Source of the DNA: Terriglobia bacterium
GTDB lineage: Bacteria > Acidobacteriota > Terriglobia > Bryobacterales > Bryobacteraceae
Assembly: GCA_963760955.1 (NCBI GenBank)
Contig: CAVXFF010000001.1
Coordinates: 2,518,740-2,582,739, forward strand
Direction of reading: 5' to 3'
Length of the DNA: 64,000 bases
This document shows, piece after piece, positions 36,207-44,206 of this stretch. Position 1 is the stretch's first letter; the number at the start of each line of letters is the position of its first letter. The notes under the pieces are model-generated. The model saw only the letters and a list, made by a program, of their open reading frames with translations. It made no database searches and was not told where the DNA came from. A program made the translations under genes and the position numbers.

Positions 36207-37592
36207 CTACTTGACCCCCAAATACCGCCCCGCAAACTCCAAAAACGTGGGCCAGTTCGGACCCGGCGTATGCCCTCCGCTATGCTGCCGGAACGCCACG
36301 TCGCCATCCATCAACCCCGTTTCAATCGGAGGGAACTTGTCCGTCCCCATGCTCTTCTTCCCCAACAGCTCATACACCGGACCAGCCCCGGCCGCCGCCT
36401 GAAACATCCCCTTGGCGTCGACCCATCCATCGCCGGCCTCCAGCGACCCCGCACTAATGAACACCGGCCGAGGCGCCGCCAGCGCCACCAGCTCATGCGA
36501 ATCCACCGGCAGATCGTCCCAGGTCCGCGGACCCGCGTACTTCATGAAGTTGCCCGCCATCCAGTGATACTCGCTGGTGCCCGCGACGTTCTCTACAAGC
36601 TCGCCCCAGTTGCGCCGGTGCAGCTTCACGCCGCCCTCGCCCGACGAGCTCACAAACGCGATCGCCAGCCGCGGATCATCCGCCATCGCGACCATCGTTG
36701 CCTTCCCGTACCGCGAGTGCCCTTCCAAGCCGATCTGCGCCGCGTCCACCGCCGGATCGGTCTCGAAGTAATCGATGGCCCGGCTCGCGCCCCAACCCCA
36801 GGCCCGCAGCGCGCCCCAATCGTCCGGCTTGCGCGGCTGGCCTTTGTTCATGAGCCCGATGATGCCGGCCGTCAGCCCCGCGCCGTTGTCGGCCTGCACA
36901 CTGGTCGGCGAAAGCGTCGCGTAGCCCCACCCGCGAGCCAGCACCTGCTGCTGCCAGGTCGGCCCCGTAGGACCCTTGCCTTTCCCTTTCGCAGCGCCCT
37001 TGCCGCGCCCGCCCCCGTTGAAATTGAGAAACCCAAACTCCATGATCACCGGCACCGGACCCTGGGCATTCGCGGGCGTGCTCACCGACATCTGAATGTC
37101 GACCGTGACCGCCGGGTAAGAGGAATTGTCCACATGCCCCACCAGTTGCTTGGTGATCACCGGCACGCCGCCGTTGTCTTCGCGCTTCTGCTCGGTCACC
37201 TCCCAGTTCACCTTGGGCGTGTTCTTGGGCATGCGCCCGTAGACCTCGCGATCGAACATCTCGACGATCTCCGGCCGCCGCTTCTCCCACCACATCTCGG
37301 CCGTGGTGACCTTGGTCTTGCCGTCATTCATCACCAGCGGATCAGGAAGCTTCGGATACGGGTTGGCAATCGATTCGTCGTAATTCGCGTAGTTTTCCGC
37401 CTGCGGATTCGACCCGTTGGCCCCCCGCCGCAGTTCCTTGATCCCGAGCAGGTCCATCATGCGCTGATGGTCTTCTTGCGTGGCGATCTGCGTAGGCGAC
37501 GGCTGCCGGGCGTCCTGGAACCCCCAAACCACCAGCGGCGCCGCAATCAGAACGATAACCAGTGTGGCAACAACAGAGCGTCGAACGTGCAC
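36207..37592 (-). CDS. CE15-like glucuronoyl esterase (alpha/beta hydrolase)
   Basis: GTG at 37592 with a strong SD (AAGGAGG, 5-nt spacer) and a signal peptide. Nucleophile motif GHSRYGKA followed by SSSGEGG, as in bacterial CE15 enzymes. Confidence 0.7.
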   Translation of the reverse strand: MHVRRSVVATLVIVLIAAPLVVWGFQDARQPSPTQIATQEDHQRMMDLLGIKELRRGANGSNPQAENYANYDESIANPYPKLPDPLVMNDGKTKVTTAEMWWEKRRPEIVEMFDREVYGRMPKNTPKVNWEVTEQKREDNGGVPVITKQLVGHVDNSSYPAVTVDIQMSVSTPANAQGPVPVIMEFGFLNFNGGGRGKGAAKGKGKGPTGPTWQQQVLARGWGYATLSPTSVQADNGAGLTAGIIGLMNKGQPRKPDDWGALRAWGWGASRAIDYFETDPAVDAAQIGLEGHSRYGKATMVAMADDPRLAIAFVSSSGEGGVKLHRRNWGELVENVAGTSEYHWMAGNFMKYAGPRTWDDLPVDSHELVALAAPRPVFISAGSLEAGDGWVDAKGMFQAAAGAGPVYELLGKKSMGTDKFPPIETGLMDGDVAFRQHSGGHTPGPNWPTFLEFAGRYLGVK

Positions 37593-37661
37593 GAATGCCT
37601 CCTTAAGTCTCCCTGTCGATTATAGGAAAGTGGTGTCCCGGATGCTATCCTGAGAACCGCG

Positions 37662-37856
37662 ATGGCGAATTCCAGCAAGAACTCGACACGCATGGCGCCG
37701 GAACGGAAGCCTGAGTCGTCGCGCGCCGCGGTCCCCAGCATCATGGAAATTGCCGCCCGCCTGGGCCGCCGCATTCCTCCTAAGGAACGCAACGCAATTC
37801 CTGGAGACCTCTCCAGCCAGCTCGATCATTGCGTCTACGGTACGCCGAAGAGGTGA
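37662..37856 (+). CDS. Small hypothetical protein (possible orphan antitoxin-like peptide)
   Basis: 64-aa ORF. The C-terminal ...IPGDLSSQLDHCVYGTPKR tail resembles tails I recall on short antitoxin-type proteins. That is weak, memory-only support, and no partner toxin gene is adjacent. Confidence 0.3.
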   Translation: MANSSKNSTRMAPERKPESSRAAVPSIMEIAARLGRRIPPKERNAIPGDLSSQLDHCVYGTPKR

Positions 37857-37873
37857 CGCGCCTCACCGCGGCT

Positions 37874-38299
37874 CTACTTCTGTGTCGGTGTCTTGCGGCT
37901 GAGGAAGCGCTTCAGAACCTTGAGCAGGCCTAAAGTGTCCTTTACGTCGCACTCCCAAACCACCAATACATCCCATCCAGCCGCACGCAGTTGCCGTTCG
38001 TTCTTCCGGTCGCGTTGCACGTTCCGGGTCAGTTTGGGCTGCCAGTAGCTGATCCGCGACTTGGGGATGTGAGAATCGATACAGCCCTTGTGACGATGCC
38101 AGAAGCACCCGCGCACCTCGATAATCTTCCTGAGGCGTGGGAATACGAGGTCGGGCTTGCCAGGAAGATCTGCGGCGTGCAGCCGGTACCGGAAACCCAT
38201 GCCGTGAACGATCCGGCGTACGGCGAGCTCGGGTGACGTGTCCCGGCTCCGTATCTGGCTCATGTTGGCGGAGCGCCTATCCGGAGTCAGCTTGTCCAC
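37874..38299 (-). CDS. vsr: Very-short-patch repair endonuclease
   Basis: RSANMSQIRSRDTSPE, DLPGKPDLVF, RGCFWHRH and GWDVLVVWEC match Vsr. The GTG at 38299 lies 7 nt after the upstream stop. The longer track ORF extension to 38590 overlaps the HNH gene and is rejected. Confidence 0.9.
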   Translation of the reverse strand: MDKLTPDRRSANMSQIRSRDTSPELAVRRIVHGMGFRYRLHAADLPGKPDLVFPRLRKIIEVRGCFWHRHKGCIDSHIPKSRISYWQPKLTRNVQRDRKNERQLRAAGWDVLVVWECDVKDTLGLLKVLKRFLSRKTPTQK

Positions 38300-38306
38300 G
38301 TCTGTG

Positions 38307-38906
38307 TCACAGAACCTCCCGGAGCAGCTTCTCCGTCTGCCCGGGATATTTCTTGACAAGCCAAGCCAGGACTTGCACTTGGTCGATTCCAGTCGCCCGC
38401 CGCACCTGAACCAGCAGCTTTTGTAGCGATGGCCGGTCCAGAGTGAGGTTGCGCGCACCTTCGTTGCACACGGAACAGATAGCGCGAAGATTAGAGGGAT
38501 GGTCGCTGCCGCCCATCGACTTGTCGATGATATGTCCGATCTGGAGCCGCGTCTTCCTCGTGAGGTCAAACGGATGCGGCTCCCCGGCAACTGCCCCGCA
38601 CATCTGGCACGTGAATCCGTTGCGGTCTAGCACCAGTGCCCGGGTCTCCTTCGAGATTCCGCGGACGAACGCCGGAAGCGGTTTGGGGTCCAGCAGCAGG
38701 TACTGCCCCGGCTTGAGGTCACTCCGGTCGTTGTGCGTCAAAATCGGGTAGCCTTCTTCGGTACGAAGTTCCCGGATCCGCCGCGCCCACTCGCTCGTGT
38801 TTCCCGACACCCTGCGCAGTTCCTTGGAACTCATCACGCGGCCGATATTCGCCAGGAAGTGGGCGCGTAGCTTAGCCCGGGCGCCGGTGCCGCGATTCAC
38901 CGCCAT
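38307..38906 (-). CDS. HNH (beta-beta-alpha-Me) endonuclease, probable restriction subunit, with N-terminal wHTH-like region
   Basis: CQMCG...GHIIDKSMGG...SNLRAICSVCN gives a CxxC-H-N-CxxC layout. It lies between dcm and vsr with 4-nt and 7-nt gaps. Confidence 0.75.
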   Translation of the reverse strand: MAVNRGTGARAKLRAHFLANIGRVMSSKELRRVSGNTSEWARRIRELRTEEGYPILTHNDRSDLKPGQYLLLDPKPLPAFVRGISKETRALVLDRNGFTCQMCGAVAGEPHPFDLTRKTRLQIGHIIDKSMGGSDHPSNLRAICSVCNEGARNLTLDRPSLQKLLVQVRRATGIDQVQVLAWLVKKYPGQTEKLLREVL

Positions 38907-38910
38907 ACCG

Positions 38911-40002
38911 TTATCCCGCCACTCGAGTCAATCGAGCCTTTTGAAGGCACGCCCTGACTCGTGCCGCAACGGCCCGCGCAAACGGCGGAGGGAAGGCGTT
39001 GCCGACCTGCCGGTACGCTGCGGTCTTTCCACCGACGAAGTGCCACTCGTCGGGAAAACCTTGAAGGCGCGCAACCATGCGCACGGTTAGCCGGGGCATT
39101 CCTGTGAATTCCGGAGCAGGGGCTTCATTTGCGATTCCCAGGCCGTCTACGCCCAGGCTTGCCCACGCGCGCCGTGCACGGGTTGGACCCAGATCGGGCC
39201 CGCCGTGTTTGTGCGACCCGCCGACAATCGTTGGTGCGATCTCATTCGCGGCCTGTCCCCAGGCTTTCGCGCCCAGCCAGCCGTTGGCCGCCAGGAGATC
39301 GCTCAAGACTTCACCTACGGTGTTCGGCACCTCACTGGGTGCCGGCCACGCGAAATGTTCGGAGTATTCCTTCCGGACAGCGATGAAAACGACTCGGGGC
39401 CGCAGTTGAGGAACGCCGAAATCACACGCGTTCATCAATCTCCAACCTGTCTGGTAACCCAGCTTCTGTAATTCCCCCGCGATGAAGAACCGGTAGTCTT
39501 CAAATACGGCTTCAAGAATGCCCCGCACGTTCTCGATCATGACGGCGCGGGGCCGGATCTGGTCCACCAGGCGGATCATTGCGGGGAAGAGATTCCGCTC
39601 GTCTCCCTTACCGAGCTGCTTGCCAGCGATGGAAAACGGAGGGCAGGGTAATCCGCCGGAGATGATGTCCACGTCTTTAAACGGACGCCCGTCAAGGGCA
39701 TTCAGATCACCTTGGATCACGTTCCAGGACGGCCGGTTCCAGCGAAGCGTTTCACAAGCGTGCTTATCGATTTCGACCAGTCCGGCGTGCTCTATGCCCG
39801 CTTGTTCCAGTCCGAGCGCTTGTCCCCCAGCACCGGCACACAGCTCAAGAGTCGTGAGACCACACGGTCTGTACTCTGCTGGCGTTACTTTGGACGTAAC
39901 TCGTTTCGCCCGCCATGGATTCTCTGACCATTCCGGGAAAAGCACGGCTCCACCCTCGAAGCGGGGGTTCGGCGGCGATCGGCGATTCCTGGGCTTCTGC
40001 AT
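38911..40002 (-). CDS. dcm: DNA (cytosine-5)-methyltransferase
   Basis: Motif I LELCAGAGG, motif IV GGLPCPPFS, motif VI MIENVRG and motif X QVGNAFPPP. Confidence 0.92.
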   Translation of the reverse strand: MQKPRNRRSPPNPRFEGGAVLFPEWSENPWRAKRVTSKVTPAEYRPCGLTTLELCAGAGGQALGLEQAGIEHAGLVEIDKHACETLRWNRPSWNVIQGDLNALDGRPFKDVDIISGGLPCPPFSIAGKQLGKGDERNLFPAMIRLVDQIRPRAVMIENVRGILEAVFEDYRFFIAGELQKLGYQTGWRLMNACDFGVPQLRPRVVFIAVRKEYSEHFAWPAPSEVPNTVGEVLSDLLAANGWLGAKAWGQAANEIAPTIVGGSHKHGGPDLGPTRARRAWASLGVDGLGIANEAPAPEFTGMPRLTVRMVARLQGFPDEWHFVGGKTAAYRQVGNAFPPPFARAVAARVRACLQKARLTRVAG

Positions 40003-40229
40003 GGGATCGTTCTCAATAGAAGATACCAGACGGGCGAGGCTGCCAGAGTGCTCACCGGTCTTCCCGGCCAGGCCTCCCCCGTGACCTTCTCAACATCGGC
40101 GGCCCGGTCAACCCGCACTATCCCCTCGATCTTGCTGCCGGAGGTATGATCCAGAGACAGCCCCTCCGCCTTTGTCTGCGCCCGCAGACTCGCCTCGAAT
40201 TTAGGGGGAGAAGTCCAGCTTAACGGTCA
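40003..40229 (-). pseudogene. Possible frameshifted small antitoxin-like (MTVKLDFSP-KFEASLRAQTKAEGLSLD...) ORF
   Basis: The ATG at 40229 reads MTVKLDFSP, then TAA at 40200-40202. Skipping one T restores ...PKFEASLRAQTKAEGLSLDHTS..., an open frame that runs on into the dcm 5' region. Confidence 0.3.
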
Positions 40230-40421
40230 TGGAGTGTTCCTCTCCCAAGCGATCGCCGCGTCTGTCAACCCAATCACAGCGCTGCACCAAACTATTTTCC
40301 CAGCAAATTCAGCGGTATATCCTTCACACCACCCCACGCACGCGCCGTCGCTCCTCTATCGTCCAAAAGGATGCCAAGACTCACCACAGCCCTCGCCGCA
40401 CACCGCCCTCCCGGCGCGAGT

Positions 40422-40540
40422 GACGAGACGAACCCAACGCTCGGCCCCGCCGCCTGCCAACTTCGCCTGCAACGAAACGAACCCAAGCCCCACCCCGTCC
40501 AAAATCGGGGGATTACGAAACGAACCCAACATGTCTCTGA
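40422..40540 (-). repeat. Array of three ACGAACCCAA boxes (reverse complement of TTGGGTTCGT)
   Basis: Boxes at 40428-40437, 40477-40486 and 40520-40529. 40516-40540 is the exact reverse complement of 32477-32501. Confidence 0.75.
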
Positions 40541-40643
40541 AAACAAACAACCGGCTACCCGACCCCTCCCAAACATCCCCCCACGTCCCCGTTTCCTCCG
40601 AACCCTTCCCTCCACCCGAGGGTCTACAATTTTAAATAGGCGT

Positions 40644-41900
40644 ATGTGGCAGATCCTACTCACCGCCGCGCTTCTGTTCCAGTCGCCCCCCCAGGCCGCC
40701 GGACCCGCCCCCGCCGCGCCCACTCCCGCCGACCTTGTCCAGCAGGGCACCGACGCGCTCAACCAAGGCAACTACGCCGCCGCGGCCGAGGTCCTCACCC
40801 GAGCCGTCGCCGCCGCGCCCGACGACTACTTCGCCCACTTCAACTTGGCCGTGGCCTACAGCCTCCTGGGCGATGACCCCCACGCCATCCCCGAATACCG
40901 GAAGGTCCTCGAACTCAAGCCCGGCCTCTACGAAGCCAGCATCAACCTGGGCCAGGTTCTGGTCCGCTCCGGCGACCCCGCCTCTGCCATCCCCCTTCTC
41001 GCGGAAGCCCGCCGCCAGAAGCCCGATGAGGTCCGCCCGGCTTACTATCTGGCTGAGGCCTACGCCGCCACCAACCAGCCGGAGCAGGCTGTCGACCCCT
41101 ACACCGCGGCCATCGCGCTCAACCCCAACGACGCCTCCTCCGAGCTCGGCCTCGCCCGCGTCCTCTTCGAGCTTGGCCGCTTCGCCGAGGCCGACCCGCA
41201 CTATCACAAGGCCGCCGAACTCGATCCCAACCTCAAGAGCTATCTGCTGGAGCTCGCCACCGGCTACGAAGAGCACGGCAATCCCACCGCCGCCCTCAAG
41301 ATTTTCCGTGAATTCCCCGGCGACCCCGCCGTGGAGGAGCGCATGGGCGTCATTCTGCTCCAATCCGGCGATTTGGAAGGCGCCATCGCCGCGCTGGAAG
41401 CCGCCGTCAAGGGCTCCCCCACCAAGGGCAACCAGACCGCGCTGGTCCAGGCTTACATGGATCACAAGGACGTGGCGCGCGCCGAAGCCTTGATGCAGCA
41501 GGTGATCGCGGCCGAGCCCAAGGATTTCAACCTGCGCATGTACTACGGGCGTTTACTGCGAGACGATAAGAAAATCGTCCCCGCGGGGCAGCAGTTCGAG
41601 GCCGCCACTCAAATCAAGCCCGAGGACGCCCAGGCTTGGAGCGAACTGGCCGGCATGCTGATCCTCAACGAGCAGTATCCGGCCGCTTTGGCCGCCCTCG
41701 ACCGCGCCCGCGATTTGGGCCTGGAAGGTCCCGGGCATATTTTTTTCCGCGCCACAACTCTGGACCACTTGCAAGCGTGGAAAGAGGCGTTAGAATACTA
41801 CCAAAAGTTTTTGGAAGCCGATCAGGGCGCCAACCCTGACCAGGAGTTTCAGGCGCGCCAGCGGGTGCTGGCCCTGAAACGGGATCTAGGTAAGAGGTAA
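40644..41900 (+). CDS. Secreted TPR-repeat protein
   Basis: The ATG at 40644 gives MWQILLTAALLFQSPPQAAG; the 5' part of the track ORF covers the repeat array and is non-coding-like. Multiple TPR units follow (AHFNLAVAYSLLGD..., YYLAEAYAATNQPEQA...). Confidence 0.8.
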   Translation: MWQILLTAALLFQSPPQAAGPAPAAPTPADLVQQGTDALNQGNYAAAAEVLTRAVAAAPDDYFAHFNLAVAYSLLGDDPHAIPEYRKVLELKPGLYEASINLGQVLVRSGDPASAIPLLAEARRQKPDEVRPAYYLAEAYAATNQPEQAVDPYTAAIALNPNDASSELGLARVLFELGRFAEADPHYHKAAELDPNLKSYLLELATGYEEHGNPTAALKIFREFPGDPAVEERMGVILLQSGDLEGAIAALEAAVKGSPTKGNQTALVQAYMDHKDVARAEALMQQVIAAEPKDFNLRMYYGRLLRDDKKIVPAGQQFEAATQIKPEDAQAWSELAGMLILNEQYPAALAALDRARDLGLEGPGHIFFRATTLDHLQAWKEALEYYQKFLEADQGANPDQEFQARQRVLALKRDLGKR

Positions 41901-41904
41901 TGAG

Positions 41905-42318
41905 ATGGTGTTGTTTTTAGCCTTCGCGTTAGCCTTGGATCTCAGCTCGGTCCGAGGCGAACCGAAACTGGAGAAACGCAGTGAGAAAGCGCTGGAATAC
42001 GCGGAAAGCGCCATAGACACGGCGCGTGACGCCTATCAGGAGGGGAAGTTCCAGCAAACCGAGCAGGCCCTGGGCGAAGTGCAGGAAGCCGTGGACCTCT
42101 CCTATGAGTCGCTGCTGGCCACCGGCAAGAATCCGCGTAAGGATTCCAAGCATTTCAAGAAAGCCGAAAAAGCCACCCGCGAGATCCTGCGCCGCCTGTC
42201 CGGCCTGCGCGATCTCATGAGTTCGGTGGACCACGCCATCCTCGATCCGATTGTCGACAACATCACGGAGGTTCATGACAATCTTGTCATGGGCATCATG
42301 ACCGGAGAGACACAGTGA
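41905..42318 (+). CDS. Small secreted alpha-helical protein, unknown function
   Basis: The ATG lies 4 nt after the TPR stop, with RBS AGAGG. Signal-like MVLFLAFALALDLSSVRG and charged helical composition. Confidence 0.6.
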   Translation: MVLFLAFALALDLSSVRGEPKLEKRSEKALEYAESAIDTARDAYQEGKFQQTEQALGEVQEAVDLSYESLLATGKNPRKDSKHFKKAEKATREILRRLSGLRDLMSSVDHAILDPIVDNITEVHDNLVMGIMTGETQ

Positions 42319-42989
42319 TGGCTCGCTACCGCACCACGCTTCCGGCGCTGCTGGCCGCCGCCGCCCTGCTGGGACCGGCTCTAGCCCTCGCCCAGGACCG
42401 CGATTTTCTCAGCCGTGAGGAGGTCGACAAGGTCCGCGAGGCCCAGGAGCCCAACGCGCGCCTCATGCTCTACCTGGAGTTCGCCCACGATCGCGTCGCG
42501 CAACTGACGCAGCTTTTGAGCAAGGAGCGGGCGGGCCGCAGCGGACTGGCGCATGACCTGCTGGAGGATTACGGCAATATCATCGACGCCATCGACACGG
42601 TGGCCGACGATGCTCTGCTGCGCAAGGTCGACGTCAGTGAAGGCCTGCTGGCCACCGTCGCCGCGGAAAAGGAACTGCTGCCGAAGCTCCAGGCCATCTG
42701 GGATGCCCAGCCGTCGGACCTGGCGCGCTACGAGTTTGTCCTGGAGAACGCCATCGACACGACCAAGGACAGCCTGGAGCTGTCGGCCCGTGACATGGGC
42801 TCGCGCCAGGCCGAAGTCATCGCCAAGGAGCGCCGCCAAGAGGCCGCCCGCGACGCCGCCCTCTCGCCCGAAGAGACCAAGCAGAAGAAGGCCGAAGCAG
42901 CCAAGCAGCCCAAGCAGCGCAAACTCCCTACTCTGCGGCGTCCGGACGATCCGCCGCCGCGCATCCCGCCCGCTCCGCGCAGCCAGTAA
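42315..42989 (+). CDS. Secreted protein with basic/Pro-rich tail, unknown function
   Basis: The start overlaps the upstream stop (GTGATG at 42315-42320). Signal peptide ...ALLAAAALLGPALALAQ and C-terminal KQKKAEAAKQPKQRKLPTLRRPDDPPPRIPP. Confidence 0.6.
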   Translation: MMARYRTTLPALLAAAALLGPALALAQDRDFLSREEVDKVREAQEPNARLMLYLEFAHDRVAQLTQLLSKERAGRSGLAHDLLEDYGNIIDAIDTVADDALLRKVDVSEGLLATVAAEKELLPKLQAIWDAQPSDLARYEFVLENAIDTTKDSLELSARDMGSRQAEVIAKERRQEAARDAALSPEETKQKKAEAAKQPKQRKLPTLRRPDDPPPRIPPAPRSQ

Positions 42990-43025
42990 GATGCGCGTCC
43001 AGCGGCTTCTGCTCCTGGCCGCGGA

Positions 43026-43165
43026 GTGGCGCAAGCCGGTGGCTTGCCGCGCCGGGACTCGTTCCGGCGCCGTCGCCCATCACGATGTCCTGCCGGGAGC
43101 GGCGAAAGCGCGTCCCGAGGCTCCCCGCCTCACGGTTCCCCCCAGGCAGCGCTTCTGCGTCAAGG
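43026..43165 (+). repeat. REP-like element, long form, copy 5
   Basis: GTGGCGCAAGCCGGTGGCTTGCCGCGCCGGGACTCGTTCCGGCGCC... plus an extension that shares GGCTCCCCGCCTCACGGTTCCCC with copy 4. It fills most of the 42990-43185 spacer. Confidence 0.8.
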
Positions 43166-43185
43166 CGCAGCGCGCCGCCCGGGCG

Positions 43186-44190
43186 ATGCGCCAAGCGTCG
43201 CGTCACCTGCGCGTCCATCCGCTCGCACTGCTGGCGGCGGCCTCACTCAGTGTCTCCGCCTGGGCCCAGACGGCCACGCCCTCGCCCGCCCTGCTGGTGC
43301 TGAACAAGGAAGACGCTGCGCTGGTGATCGTCGACCCGGCCACCAACCAGATCACCGCGCGCATCCCCACCGGACCCCAGCCGAACGAGGTCGCGGTCTC
43401 CGAGGACGGCCGCTTCGCCTTCGCCACCAACTACGGCACCGAGACCGACCCCGGCACGACCCTATCGGTAATCGACCTCACCGCGCGCACCGGCCGCCAG
43501 GTGAGCCTGGGCGATCTGCGCCGCCCGCACGGCATCTGGGTCACCGGCGGCAAGGTCTACTTTACGGCCGAGGAAAGCCGCATGGTGGGGCGCTACGATC
43601 CGGCCACCGGAATGGTGGACGCCACCTATCCCACCAACCAGGACCGGACCCACATGGTGCTGCTGACGCGCAACGGCCGCCGCATGTTCACCGCCAACAT
43701 CAGCTCCAACAGCGTGGACATCTTCGAGCGCCGGGGCAACAACTTGGAGCTCACCATCGTCGACGTCGGTCCCGGACCCAAAGCCATCGATCTCTCCCCC
43801 AATGAGCGGCAGATCTGGACCGCGCACTCCGGGGACGGTGGCGTCTCCATCATTGACGTCGCCTCGAAGAAGGTGGTCGCCACGCTGCCGCGCCTCAATC
43901 AGCGCCCCAACCGGCTCAAGTTCACGCCCAACGGCAAGTACGTGCTGATCTCGGATTCGGGCAACGGCGAGTTGGTGGTGGTGGACGCCGCCACGCACGC
44001 GGAAGTGAAGCGCCTGAAGCTCGGCAGCATCGCCACAGGGATTCAGATCGCGCCGGACGGTTCGCTCGCCTACGTGGCCCTGGAGGGTGACAACCAGGTG
44101 GCCATCGTCGATCTGGCGGAGTTCACCGTCACCGGACGCTTCTCCCCGGGAGCGGGTCCGGCCGGCATGGCCTGGGCCGTGCGCAAGTAG
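43186..44190 (+). CDS. YVTN/YncE-like beta-propeller repeat protein, secreted
   Basis: The ATG at 43186 gives a signal peptide ending SAWAQ. Repeated units follow, such as LVIVDPATNQITARIPTGPQPNEVAVSEDGRFAF and LVVVDAATHAEVKRLKLGSIATGIQIAPDGS. Confidence 0.75.
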   Translation: MRQASRHLRVHPLALLAAASLSVSAWAQTATPSPALLVLNKEDAALVIVDPATNQITARIPTGPQPNEVAVSEDGRFAFATNYGTETDPGTTLSVIDLTARTGRQVSLGDLRRPHGIWVTGGKVYFTAEESRMVGRYDPATGMVDATYPTNQDRTHMVLLTRNGRRMFTANISSNSVDIFERRGNNLELTIVDVGPGPKAIDLSPNERQIWTAHSGDGGVSIIDVASKKVVATLPRLNQRPNRLKFTPNGKYVLISDSGNGELVVVDAATHAEVKRLKLGSIATGIQIAPDGSLAYVALEGDNQVAIVDLAEFTVTGRFSPGAGPAGMAWAVRK

Positions 44191-44206
44191 CCTCCGCCCG
44201 CATCGA

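Noticed and set aside
39885-40118. 77-aa minus-strand ORF overlapping the dcm 5' end
   Set aside because: It is only the downstream continuation of the frameshifted small ORF's reading frame, and has no independent support.
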